DNA of 64,000 nucleotides from Eledone cirrhosa. Taxonomy: Eukaryota. This document shows, one piece after another, positions 26,133-39,700 of the stretch. Both the position numbers and the translations under genes were made by a program. Location of the stretch: positions 407,092,001 through 407,156,000 of the forward strand of contig OZ024740.1 in assembly GCA_964016885.1 (NCBI GenBank), in the 5' to 3' direction. The number at the start of each line of letters is the position of its first letter. Within the stretch, counting starts at the first letter, position 1. Under the pieces are notes generated by a model, which was not told the DNA's origin, did no database searches, and was given only the letters and a program-made list of their open reading frames with translations.

Positions 26133-27741
26133 GTGTAAATATATATATGTTTGTGTATATATATGTGTGTGTAATATTTAATATAGAAATATCTTCTACA
26201 GGACTAGAATTGCACACACACACACACACATACGTACACACACATATATATATATATATATGAAATTTTCTTTCTAGTTGGAAGACTTGGACAAATTGTC
26301 AATAATCCATGTAGCTGGAACGAAAGGCAAAGGATCAACTTGTGCCTATACTGAGAGTATTCTACGCCAGAAAGGTTACAAGGTTGGATTTTTTAGGTAA
26401 GAATTGATTTAAAATTATCACCATCATCATCATTTAATGTCTATCTTCCCCGCTAGCATGGGTTAGATGGGAGTTGTCCCACTTGAGGCAAGATTGGTCG
26501 GGTGACCATGTTTCGCTCGTATAGGACTATCTGGCAGGTTTTCTACGGCTGGATGCCCTTCCTAACACCAACCACATTTACAGTGTGGACTGGGAGCTTT
26601 TTACCATGTTGCCTACACGACCACCATATATACTTGAATATAGAGGAATATGTGACCAAAGAATGGATGGTAAAATGGGGATTGGTTTATATTTGTGGTT
26701 AATATTTTGATGATTTTCACCAACTTCAAATTCTACATAAATAAGGTTCTAAAAATATGGAGTGATTATTTCACAATGAAACACTGGTTCTCTACATTTA
26801 ATACATCATTGTTGGTGTTATTTATGAATTCCGTTGAATATATTTCCAATAAAGTTTTATAATTTGAACTTTTTGATACATAAATATCCCACACACATAC
26901 ACTGATGCACATGCGCACATACACATGCATGCACACGCGCAGACACACACAATTGGGTTTTTCTCTGACAATATGTTTTTCTTTCAATCTTCTGAAGGTC
27001 AGCTGAAAAGTTCATAGGGTGACCAAGATACTCTCATGGAATGACCAAATGAGGTTTATTTCCAGGGACTATTCAACATAGTCCCTGGAAAGAAACTATG
27101 CAGTTAATAAGAAGAGTTGAAATTAATGCATGCAAGATTTCACAGCGCTAGCATCACTCATTCATAGTCAGCCTATGAACTTTTCAGCTAACTCTCATAA
27201 TTCTGATTTGATTTTATTGCTTTTGTTCTCTCTCCATCTTATTGCTCTGCTCCCCCTCCACTCCATGAATCCATATATAATTGTTTCTACTTTTGGCACA
27301 AGGCCAGCAATTATCCCAGTGTATTATTGGTACTTTATTTTATTGACCCCGTAAGGATGAAAGGCAAAGTTAACCTCAGCGGGATTTGAACTCAGACCAT
27401 AAAGGGCCGTAACTCTTTGCTGCAAAGCATGGCATTTGACCCACTGTTTTCTTATTCAATCTCCTGCTTTCGAGTGGCCAGAAGTAAAGAAACATTTGAG
27501 AAACTTGTTGAAACTTAATGGAAACTCATTATTTAATGGAGTTGTGAAACAAAAACTATAATCTAAACAACACTTAAAATATTTTAACATCAAAATATTA
27601 AAATTTCATAAATATATTTTACTAGCTGAGGTACCCAGCTTTGCCAGGGTTAACAAATGATAAGAGAAAACGTCTGTATTGAATGCATTGTCTTGTTTAC
27701 AGTGTGTGTGTATTGTCTGTGTATGTTTGTGTGTGTTTGTG

Positions 27742-27774
<33 letters not shown>

Positions 27775-30700
27775 TAGTGTGTGTGTGTATATATGTGTGT
27801 GTGTGTGCTTGTGTGAGTGTTCGTGTGTGTGCTTGTGTGAGTGTTCGTGTGTGTGCCTGTGTTCGTGTGTGTGCATGTGTGTGTGTGTAAACCACCGTTG
27901 GAATCGGAGACATAGGCAGCGAAACACGATCACCACTGACAATGAACTCGAGAGAGAATCCCTTATGGTTGATTCCCAACCTGCTAGAAATAGCAGTCAG
28001 GTTGGTTAGCATACGTGGTATGTCTTTCTTCTTCTTTGGTGTTATAACATTAGTATCAATAAACTTTCCTGGATATACTCTTATCCCAATCCTGTACATA
28101 CTTTCCGATTGTCACTTTGTTCTTTTCGTGTGATACGCGAAGGAACCAACTAACAAACATCTCTCTGTGCTTTCGGGAAATAAATACGTTTGTTATAACA
28201 TTTTCTCTTCTGGAAAATCTGATCTTGCGGCCAGGCTAGGACTTTTTGGGTGGCATATCGGCAGTAACAATGACGATAAGCCGTCTGTGCTTTCGTGAAA
28301 TAAATATGTTTGTTTATATTTTGTTTTTGTGTATGCAAAAATATCTGTACACGAATATATATTATATATAAATATATATTAAAATAATAGATTAAAGTTT
28401 AAGCAAAGAATCGCTGCTTTCACCCTTAACAGGATCTTCTGAAACTAAAACAAATCAATCTGTGAACGCAGAAGTAGATATTTCGAAAAACGTTGCAACC
28501 GAAAGAAAACAGGAAGATGATACTTTGGTTTGTGAAGACGTTAGGAATGTCGTATAACCGGAAGTGTTGACATTTGAAAATTTTAAAGAAGTGAATATTT
28601 AAATAATGTCTTTAATATTTTAACAAAATTCAGTAGACAAAAATACCCTCACTTTCTTACTTGGAAAAAGTTACATCTATGGTGCAAATTTGGTGCCATT
28701 TGTTCCAGCCACTTGGCGGAAAGTTTGTTACTTACATACGGCCGTCAGCTTTATAGTATAGATACTCATGAGAATTTCAAAACCTTGCCATCTAAATATA
28801 ATGTGTTGATTAACTGCCTCAGATTATAAACAGGGCTTGTACTTTGCCTATTTCTCAGACATAAAATAGGGGTGGGTTGTCTTATATTTGAGTATATATG
28901 GTACTCAAAAACATTGATTGTATTTCAATCTATATTTGGTTTGAAAATTATTCAATTGTTTGTGTAGATGTTTATCAAAGCAGCTTTAAAATTTTTAAAC
29001 CTTCTGACAGCCATATTGCTGATGTTGTTTAACCCCAGGTCAACCCTGATTAAGTAGACATATGATCAAAGGAGCTCTAGTAATGATGATCTTGTATTTT
29101 TTTTTATATATCTAGAACTACATTTTCCAATGTGTCCTTTCTGGTTTTTTTGGGGGGGATGGTAGGTGCAATTTGAAAGACATTTGTTTGCTATTTCTAA
29201 CAGATCAAACAATCACATAAATGTTCTTTTGTTGGCTCATAATATCTTTGTTTCATATTATAGCATTGATTGGGTGGTTATGTAAATTTAGACATTTGAA
29301 GCAGAAGTTTTACACATGATAAGCTTCATAGCTTTTTCATTACCATATTTCTAAGGAAAAATTTAATTAATGAAGAATTTGAAAGGATTTACTAATTTTA
29401 TTCATTATTTCATTATTAAGATGGAATTTGTAATATAATTTAACAAAAGGTTCTTACATCAAATTATGCTGGAAGACTTTATATTAAGTAGCAACCCATA
29501 AAATGTGGTTTTGTTTTATAATTGTTGAAAACTTGTCAAGACATGGAAACCCCCCTAAAGTTGGTGATTTATATGATAAATGCACCCAATACAATCTGTA
29601 AAGTGTATGGTGATAGGAAGGGCATCCAACCATAAAAAAAAACAGCCAAACAAAGGATTGGGAGGACTCTTCAGCTGTATCAAAAACATGACAACCTTCC
29701 TAATAATGGGGCATGATAAAATGCACTTGGGAGAATGCAGGAAGATATTTAAGTAAGATGCAGTCAGTCACTCCGCTTGCGTACTGACTTGATTTGTGAT
29801 GACCCAACCATCCCTTGTTAATATGATGATGACGATAAGTTGTTTATCAAATGGGTTAAAGCTATCTACTTGACTATGAAGTAAGAAAGGATGTGAAATC
29901 TGTTTTCAGTTATTTAGAATGTATGATGAGAATTCTTAGCATTTCCAATCAAATTTTCTAAATGTCTTGAGAAATCATAGAATTTAAACTGAAGTTAGAA
30001 TAGTATTTATTCTCTACCAAGAGGTGAAAATTTGAACTCACGTGTTTTGGATTATCAGAACATTGACCGCCTGGAAACTGTTCAGAGATGTGCAACCAAG
30101 CGAATACTCTCCATCAGGCATCTACCATACTCTTCCCTGGGCATGGATACATTGAAGCTCTGACGTCTGGCAACTGACTTGGTAAACACCCACAAAATTA
30201 TTAACCATCTTGCCAACAACAACCCTGAGTACCTTTTTGATTTCCATGTGTCTAACACACGTGGGCATGCCCACAAAGTCAGAAAACAGCACAGTTCCCA
30301 TGACTTTCGAAAACATTTTTTCACGCTCAGAGTTGCTGAAGCATGGAACAAACTACCTGCATCGGTTGTTAACTGTCGAGACACTGCATCCTTTAAAATC
30401 TCTATGCTTCTGAGATTCGCCAACACTACACCTAATACTGCCCCTCCATACACACACACACATGTATATCATGACTCATACATTATTCACTTCCCTGGCA
30501 GTATCGGTAGAGGGTCGGACGTCATGCTTTCCAGCATAGTTACGTCCCTTTACGATCTGAGTTCAAATCCCGCCGAGGTTGACTTTGCCTTTCATCCTTA
30601 CGGGGTAGATAAAATAAAGTACCAGTAATGCACTGGGTAATTGCTGGCCTTGTGCCTAAAGTAGAAACAATTATTCTATGTACTATACATGTACCTTTGA

Positions 30701-33700
30701 TGAGTTGTAGTGCACCTGAGCACTGTACACAATAATTTCATTATTATAAATCTAGCATAACTTCTTTTTGTAGCCATTGCAAATAACCCAGTAAATGTGG
30801 AAGACGGATGTTAAATGAATGTGTTGGCTTTATTATTGTCAAGCTTAGCAATAGCTGAAACACTTCACATATCCATTTTGTGTCATATAAACATTTCTTC
30901 ATTATTTACTCAGTAGATGGACATGGATTGGCAGTATCGGTAGAGGGTCGGACGCCATGCTTTGACGCATAGAGTTACGGCCCTTGCCATTCTGAGTTCA
31001 AATCCCACCGAGGTTAACTTTGCCTTTCATCCTTACGGGGTCGATAAAATAAAGCACCAGTAATGCACTGGGTAATTGCTGGCCTTGTGCCAAGAGTAGA
31101 AACAATTATTTACTCAGTAGATCTTGCATGATTTCTATTTCTTACTATGAATATAAAAGGCTATTCTGGTAATAGTAAATAATATTCTGTGGCAATGGGG
31201 AGATAGCAAGTTGACTAAAATCTTTAGATATGGAGAATTAAGACAAACATGATACATATGGCTCATAAACCAAGTTAAAACAATTTGATACATTCTTTTC
31301 AAGCTTTTGAAATATTCAAAAATTTGAAACCATAGGTATTTGAAAGTTTAGGTAGTATTTGAATTACAGGGAAATCATGAAACTAATCTAAACTTTTTTG
31401 GAGAGAATAAGATTCTGAACAGAATGACTGTCATTATACTTTTAGTTCAAAGTAAAGACAAACATAAAATGTAGACACCATCATACCTATTTGTATTACT
31501 TGTGCCATTGTTTTGATTTCTCTTTTATATATTTTTATTCAGTTCTCCACACCTGATTGAAGTTCGTGAAAGAATCCGGATTGAGGGAGTTCCACTTTCA
31601 AGAGAGAATTTCAGAAAGTATTTTTGGATTTGTTATGACCAGCTGTTCGTAAGGGACCCTAAAATTATATTTAAACTGTTAAATATTATCTTGTACATAC
31701 ATTTTCTTTCTAGTTTCTTAAATCCTTATTAAAATGAAATTTAATTGAAATTCTGACAATTAATAAGGATTTTCTTTACTTTAGGAGAAAAATGAACAGA
31801 TGCCATCTTATTTTCAATTCCTCACATTGATGGCATTTTATGTTTTTCATAAAGAGAAGGTAACTGCAGCAGTCATTGAAGTTGGACTTGGTGGTCTTTA
31901 TGATTGTACTAATGTCATTCAAAATCCAGTAGTGTGTGGAATTACACATCTAGGTATTGACCATGTTAGTATACTTGGTAATACTTTAGAGAGCATTGCA
32001 GAACAAAAAGCTGGTATTTTCAAGGTATGTTCATCCTAATTTCCATCATCATTACCAGCATACTATAAATTTCTACAATACACCATCTTTAAGTGCATTT
32101 TCTATTCTGTGAAGTCAATATATTCTTAACTCTTTAGCATTTAAACCGGCCATATCCGGCCAGAATTCTCTCATCTCTTTCTGTTCAAACTGGCTGTAAC
32201 TGGCCACTCATACTGATGTTGAGGTATTGTTCTTAAAATAAATGATATCAAAATCTTGTAGCTTTGATATTATGTGAGATAAAGCCTTTATTGTGAAAAT
32301 TCAATAGTAAATATAGAGTAATGTATATGCTAAAGGATTAAGCCTGCCCTAATTAGTTCTTAAGTTTTCTTTGACCTACTTGTACACCAAAAATTTTCCA
32401 TCACTAATGTAAGCACCTTTTTCCCCACTTCTACCATATGCCATCCATTTGCATTACATGTTTGAATGTAGCTATTTGAGTTCATTAACCAATAGCTTTG
32501 CTTCCCATCTATTTATTGACCTCTTTTGAGCTTATCTTAACTTATAAGTTAACATTATACAGTAAAAATCCCGCCGAGGTTAACTTTGCCTTTCATCCTT
32601 TCGGGGTCGATAAAATAAAGTACCAGTAATACACTGGCCTTGTGCCAAATGTAGAAACAATTATACAGTAAAAATAAATTAAAGAAGTCTTTTAGAATTT
32701 TTAATATCTAGTTGATTCTTTTTTTTTCTTAATGCCAAAAAATACATCTAATGGCAGGTTATGTTGAAGCTATTTTTGCAGAGGATGCCAAGATAGAACA
32801 ACAGCATGTCTGGAGCTGTCTCCTATATTAGTTCAAAAACTAAAAAGTTATTGACTAACAGTTTTTATTCTCAGTACAATTATTTTATTCTTCTTTAACT
32901 TTTTAATACTCTGTGGATTAATTATGCTGATTCCTACTTACCAATAAATTATACTCAACTTATTTGCCTCATTACTTGCAGGTCTTCTAGATTCACTGCT
33001 TATGTTTCAAACAAAGTTTGTCTCTATTGATTAATTTGGAGAGTTAGAAGTTTTACACTACTATTGTCTGGTTCTTGAGTGTCTTTGACAGAGTTTATTT
33101 GGTTTCAAGCATTCAGACCAGACACTTGGTTTCTTCTCCATCCATGATTCTCTGATGTTCAAGCTGGATATTAGCCACATTAATATCACCAGTCAGTGGT
33201 AGTTTTTAAATAAGTTAGTTTAACTAACTTATTTTAAAACAGCCACACAGCATCACGTACATCTCTTACACACAAGTCCAATGCATTGTTGTCGTTACAC
33301 AAGCAATAGGATGGGAGAAAGATAGAGTGCTATGATCAAATGAAGACCAGCCCAAATTTAAGCATTAAGCAACCCAACCTCCATCGACATAATTTTTTAT
33401 TCATTTTTTCAAGCCTGCATTGGTTGAGCAGGTCTTCTGTATCATAACACTTCACTACTTGTTGTTCCCTCCAAGACGTTTAAAGCAGCGCGGAGCATAC
33501 GTGTGTATGCCCTGTCTAGCTTTTTCTCCAGTTTCGACGTTAGCGTCCAAGTGATAGAGCCATAAACAAGCACAGACTCCACAGCAGCTCTGAAGAAATT
33601 CCTTTTCAGTTTGGCCGGCAGGTTTGATTTCCATATCTTTTCCATTGCATTCAATGCTCCCCAGGCTTTTCCCAGTCTGATGTTAACATTATATTCTGTG

Positions 33701-36700
33701 GAGGCGATATAGCTACCCAGGTATTTGAAGTCATCAACTTGCTTGATTATATCGCCGTTTAGACTTCGCATACCAACTGAGGAGTCTTGGTTCAGGCAAA
33801 TATATTATGTTTTGCCTGCATTGACATAGAGTCCGATTTCCTTTGCAACTGATTCAATGCTGTGAAGTAGTGATGTTGCATCCTTAAGGTAGTCAGCGAG
33901 GACCGCTAAATCATCCGCATAGTCAGCATCAGGGATTTTCTGAGCTGCATGGCGTCTACACTTTCGCTTTGTGAGAGTGAAACCAAGCTCTAAGGATCTC
34001 TATGGCAATATACCACCTATCAGCAGGTCAATACACGGACAGAGACTCAGATTTGCTGGCCACTGTTGGCGCAGCAAGGAAGAAATAGCAGGTGATGTGT
34101 TGTTACGGAGTCCATCTCATGGAGCAAGAAACGCTGGTCGTCCCAAGAAGACATACGTCAAGCAACTTGAGGACGATACTGGATGCACTGCAGAAGAACT
34201 GGCAAACGCTATGAGAGACAGAGATGGATGGAGGAAGCGTGTCATAGAAAGCCGAGCAAGCTCGACCTGATGATGATGTCTTGTTGTGGTCCTATGCAAA
34301 TCTTTCTTCACCATAGATGAATCCTTTGCATTTTAAAATTATAATTACTGATCTACCAACATTATAAAAACATTGTAAAATATCAGAACAACTGTTTCAT
34401 ATATTTTAATTTGTATATAGTCAGGCTCCATTGCTGTAACTGTTCCTCAGAAGCCAGATGCTATGAACGTTCTGAAGCAGACGGCTACAGACAAAAATGT
34501 AAGTATTTTAGAAAGGATTTTATACAAAAAAATCTTACAAAATGAAAATAGGGTGTTTATTTGATTGTATAGTTTTATTGTACTGTTCATACCTGTAAAA
34601 ACTTATTCTTTCATAATGCACCTTTTCTACTTATTGCAAGGATATTTCAAACTTAATATTCTTCCTATGTTTATGGGGTACATGTTTTAATTGCACACCC
34701 ACATAATACTCTATTTATAGAGGCATAAGGTTGGGGAAGTTAATGTTCTTCATGAACAGTTGTAAGTTGATGGTTTCAGAAAAAATTTGGGAAGAGATGG
34801 AATTTCACAAGGTTAACGTTTTAGTTAGGAATGACTGGGCATAGTGATTAGTGTAAGATTGGGGTAGATACAATATGGATGACCAAAGGTGGAACAAATG
34901 AGCTAGGACTGCATGAGTGATGCTCTCATGAGATAATCCAGCTGTGAGGAACAGAAACCACTTTAGGAGCAATAGAAAATATGCAAAAAGAGGGGGCAGT
35001 ATGTTTGTCATGCAGAGGATAGAATTTGTTTGGCAACTCACTTCATCACAATCAGTCTGGTAGAAACAGAATAGAAATTCTTTATTACAGTCTTCAAGTG
35101 TGTAGTATCAGCATCATTTAATGTTCATTTCCCTGGCTAACTTGACATTTAAATACAGAAGATAATTGTTTCTACTTTTGGCACAAGGCCAGCAATTACC
35201 CAGTACATTACTGGTACTTTATTTTATCGATCCTGTAAGGATGAAAGGCAAAGTTAACCTCGGCGGGATTTGAACTCAGACCATAAAGGGACGTAACTAT
35301 GCTGGAAAGCATGCCGTCCGACTCTCTACCGATTGATTATATAGATAAGACAGATCAGGTTCTGCCTTCTACTGGTAATATGTAATCCAGTACAACCTGC
35401 TTCATGGTCAAGTGGTCAGTGACTAAATTGGCTCTCTCACCTGACCCTGGTGTGGTGGGGAGGGTAAGTGGATCCCCAGCAGCACAAAATACAAGAGCTG
35501 TTAAAAGGGTGGATGAGCTCTTCGCAGTCAACAGCCATCCATCCCAAGTATGGGTTAAATAGCCTCACCAATCTGCAATTGGCCAAGTGTGGTGAGTATG
35601 ACAACACCCCTGACATGACTAAAACTAAACAGAAAACAGTGGATGTCAACTAGGGAGGCGTTCCTCCAATGGGATCGAAAAGGCTCTGCATTGGATTAGA
35701 AAATCAAATAATAGAAAAATAGTTTTAAGTGTCTCACCAGTTGACTGATCATTCATAGTAAATGGTCCAGCATTTCAAATGGAAATTTAGATTTCCAAGA
35801 ATATTTCATCCTTATGAGAATAATAGAATATGGGAGTATTGAAAAGAAAATATTGTTTCATAATAGACAGTAAAGATATAGATTAGAATTATACAGCTTT
35901 AGGTCACTGGTTTATAGATAATCTATCAATCTACCTTTACTGTATTGTTACTACAGCATATCAAGATCATGGATGTTGACCTATTGGAGAAAATGTATTT
36001 GTAGTATGTATGGTCCCGTAACTCCTGATAATCATAGGGGCGCCATATTGACATACTGCAATTTAAGCTTAGTGGAGCCCATCTCTCTACAGGTCTGAAT
36101 ACAGCAGATTTCTTCCAGTGAAAGATAGAAATTGAGAAAGAGGAAATGAGAAAGAGATATAGAATAAGAATCGACCCCAGTTCTAGACTGTTACTTTTTT
36201 TTTATCGACCTTGAAAGGATGAAAGGCAAAGTTGACCTCAGTGGAATTTGAACTCAGAGAGCAGAGAGTCCATCCTTCTCCAGTCAGCAGATTTCTTCCA
36301 GAGAATGAATTCCATAAAGCATTCTATCTGATGTTATTACGACTCTGCCAATTCACTGCCTTAGTATTTGTAGTACTGGACAGTAATCTTGATACTAACT
36401 GGATATCCATCTTGATACCAACTGTGTTAGTAAAATCTGGAAATTGAGGAAACAATTAGTTAACAGGTAAATTCAGTAAGTTTAATTACCATGAGGATTG
36501 AAGAATTTCACATTTTGGGCCCTTTCTCTTTGTCTGTGAGTGATAAGAAGAGAAAATGTGCTAAGTCACTCCGGTCAGAGGTAATTAAATGTGTTGGTAG
36601 ATTGAGATAGAACATGTAAAAGATATATTGGAATCTGAGCCTATATACAGTCATCATGTTGAGCTATTTATGAACAACAATATGGAAAGAACATTAGCAA

Positions 36701-39700
36701 ACTTGTTGCACATAACTGAAATTAGCTAAAATATATGTTCAATTTAATACAAGACAATTCCACATATAGATAAAGGTTTGAGATTACACCAGATGAAGTG
36801 TTGTGTGTGTGGGATTGACCAAGAAAAGCAAAATATTAACAATTTTGATAACATTTACAACTAACTAAAGCATTTAATGTTTAACTATTGACTTATTTCC
36901 CTTGTTAATGTTTACATTGTACCTATGTTGAAATATTTAATATTTATTTTGTATGACTTTCTTTCAGTGTAAGTTGTATTTGTCGCCACCATTTTCATCT
37001 TATGAGGTGTTCAAGAAAAAGGATATATTTAACAATAAGGAACCATTTGAGTGTGAAAATATGTCATTGGCCATACAGTTATCCAGGATCTGGATGAATC
37101 ATTACAACAGAGGTTAGTTTTTTTTTTAAAGCTGTGTCAAAAGATGTTCTAGATCTAGATAGATCTCCTATAAAGATGATAGTAGCCTTCATTTGGAGAT
37201 ATGTCTTATACAGGTGGGTGGGGACAGGGAGAGTATTATTATGTAATGAGGAATGTGTAACATGGTTTTTATCTTGCAATGTTGTGTGTATCCAGTTTAA
37301 AATAAGTACTCCATAAGAAGTGACTAAAATGATTGTCACTAATGCTTCAAAAAGGATCCCATGATGTGTATGAAGTCTGTCATGGGTCCTGCAAGATCAA
37401 CCCTGGCTTTGACATTAAAATGCTTGTTGTTGTGTTGTATCTTGTAAAATGGTGAAGAAATGATATTTCACAGTAAGTTGTATCTGCTGCCAAATTAGAA
37501 CAATGGCAGAGTGTGATTAGAAAAAAAACTTGAGGTTTAAGAAAGGGTATTTTGAGAGAAACACAAATAAGTTTAAAAATGTCAAACTTCTGGAATTGAT
37601 TATGCAAAATAGATTATAATAAATAAACAGAGCTGGCTGATAGCAGATGTTCAATATAAACTTTGTTAGAAAAAAACATGTCCCATCTGGTAGACCTTTA
37701 TTTTGTCCAAATTGATAACTATTTAAACAAATTTGATTAGAATGTTCAAGAATCTGAAGAACCAGTATGGTATCAGTAATAGCTGAAACACTAGACACAA
37801 TCTTTCAGAAACTTCCATACAATCTTTTGAACAATTGTAAATGAAATGAAGCATCAACACAATACAGAAATCTTCCTCATATTAATAAGAAGAAAAATAA
37901 TTTCTATTTGAAGTTAGTGGAAAAAATCTCATGCACATCTTCCAGTTTGGGAATATAAATAATAAAAATAAACAACAATAATTGTTTCTACTTTTGGCAC
38001 AAGGCCAGCGATTATCCCAGTCTATTACTGGTACATTGTTTTATTGACCCTATAAGGATGAAAAGCAAAGTTAACCTTGGCAGGATTTGAACTCAGACCG
38101 GCGTTCAACCCTTATTATACAAACTAGCAGGTGGTTTTCTGCTGGCATGTGTAGTGTGCATATTGATATTATATGCAAGTATATATACATATAGATATGA
38201 TACATCAAATAAAATCGTGATTGACAATATACACAGAAATTGAACGAAGACTGCACTACACTGTCTTATGTAATCAGTAACATAATCCATGATACATTAA
38301 AAAAAGACGATATTATATATAAACTACATTAGGAGAAAATTAGTGATGGAAATATATGAATGTTTATTTAAGTGATAGCTAACCGGAAGTGTTGACATTT
38401 AAAAATTTTAAAGAAGTCTATCTTCAAATAAGGAAAAAAATTATTCATATTTAATCAAGAATAACGAAATTTAGTAGATAAATTATGTAATATTCATTCA
38501 TTATTTATTCAAAGTAATCCAACTTATTTTACTAAGGGGATAAATAGATAGTAGACTTAATCAATTGGCCTGATTCATACCACTATGAGGTCATGATCTC
38601 CCACTAAACTAGAAAAAATAGAATATTATAATTGTAAACAATACAAGTAATAAGAAATTGAAGATACTTCATATATGTAAATATATATAAATATCCTATT
38701 ATGAAGCATACAAAGTTAAGCAATTCTTAGTATTTATGAACATATATAACCCATTTTGTTTCATTTCCAATAGATAAAATCTCCAAAGTTTCAGAATTTG
38801 TAGACAGCAAAGAAACTATCTCTGTTCTTCATCCTATTTTTGAAGATACTGATATAGTTATTAAAGGTAATCATAACTTTACTTCTATGATTATTTTAAT
38901 AAACTGTGTATGGCTGAACAGACTGCCACCTTCCTCTCTCATATTGGACTATACATGTTTTATCAACTAACAGTTTTATCTTGGTATATATCAGAGCATG
39001 GAGCCCTGTCAAAGGTGTACTCCAGATCAATGAATGTTAGGTGTAGAAGCTTGCTCTTAGCTAAGAACTTCTCACAAAAAAGAGGGCATTGGTTATACTT
39101 TGTCTTGGCACAAACTGAAACTGCATTTTATCTTATGAATGAAAAAACATTTGTATGAATACCTGCATGTGATGTATGGTAGTGAGTCATGGGCTGTGAA
39201 TGCATAGGATTTGCAAAGGCTGGAGAGAAATGAAGTGAGCATGCTCTGATGGATGTGCAATATTAATGTGCATGAATAGATGAGCTGAGAGAAAAACTGG
39301 GTATAACAGGAATCAAATGTAATGTGCAATAGAGAAGACTGCACTGGTATGGACTTTTATTGCATATGGATGATGATCATTGGGTAAAAGATTGTCAAGA
39401 AATCCCAGTAGAAGTTAATTCTCTTCCTAATTAGTTGTGCTATAGCTCCCTTTGTTACTTTTATAATTTATCTATCAATTTGAGCCCTCTATTGTTGCTT
39501 CATTTTACAGCATCTCATATGCCATTGTAGTTGATGGTGGTACTGGATATGACCCCTCTCTGCACTGTGTGAGTGATTAGTGCAAGCCCTATTTCAATGG
39601 ATATTTTCAGCATCTCCGTGGCTATTTCTGATGGTCCAGCTGCTTTCCCTGCCTTTATATCCTTAATCACATTTTCAACTCTATAGCTGTTAGTTTCAAT

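Noticed and set aside
34419-34424. Alternative acceptor TAG|TCAG at exon 6
   Set aside because: The distal AG would frameshift; the proximal AG keeps frame, and nothing supports use of the other.
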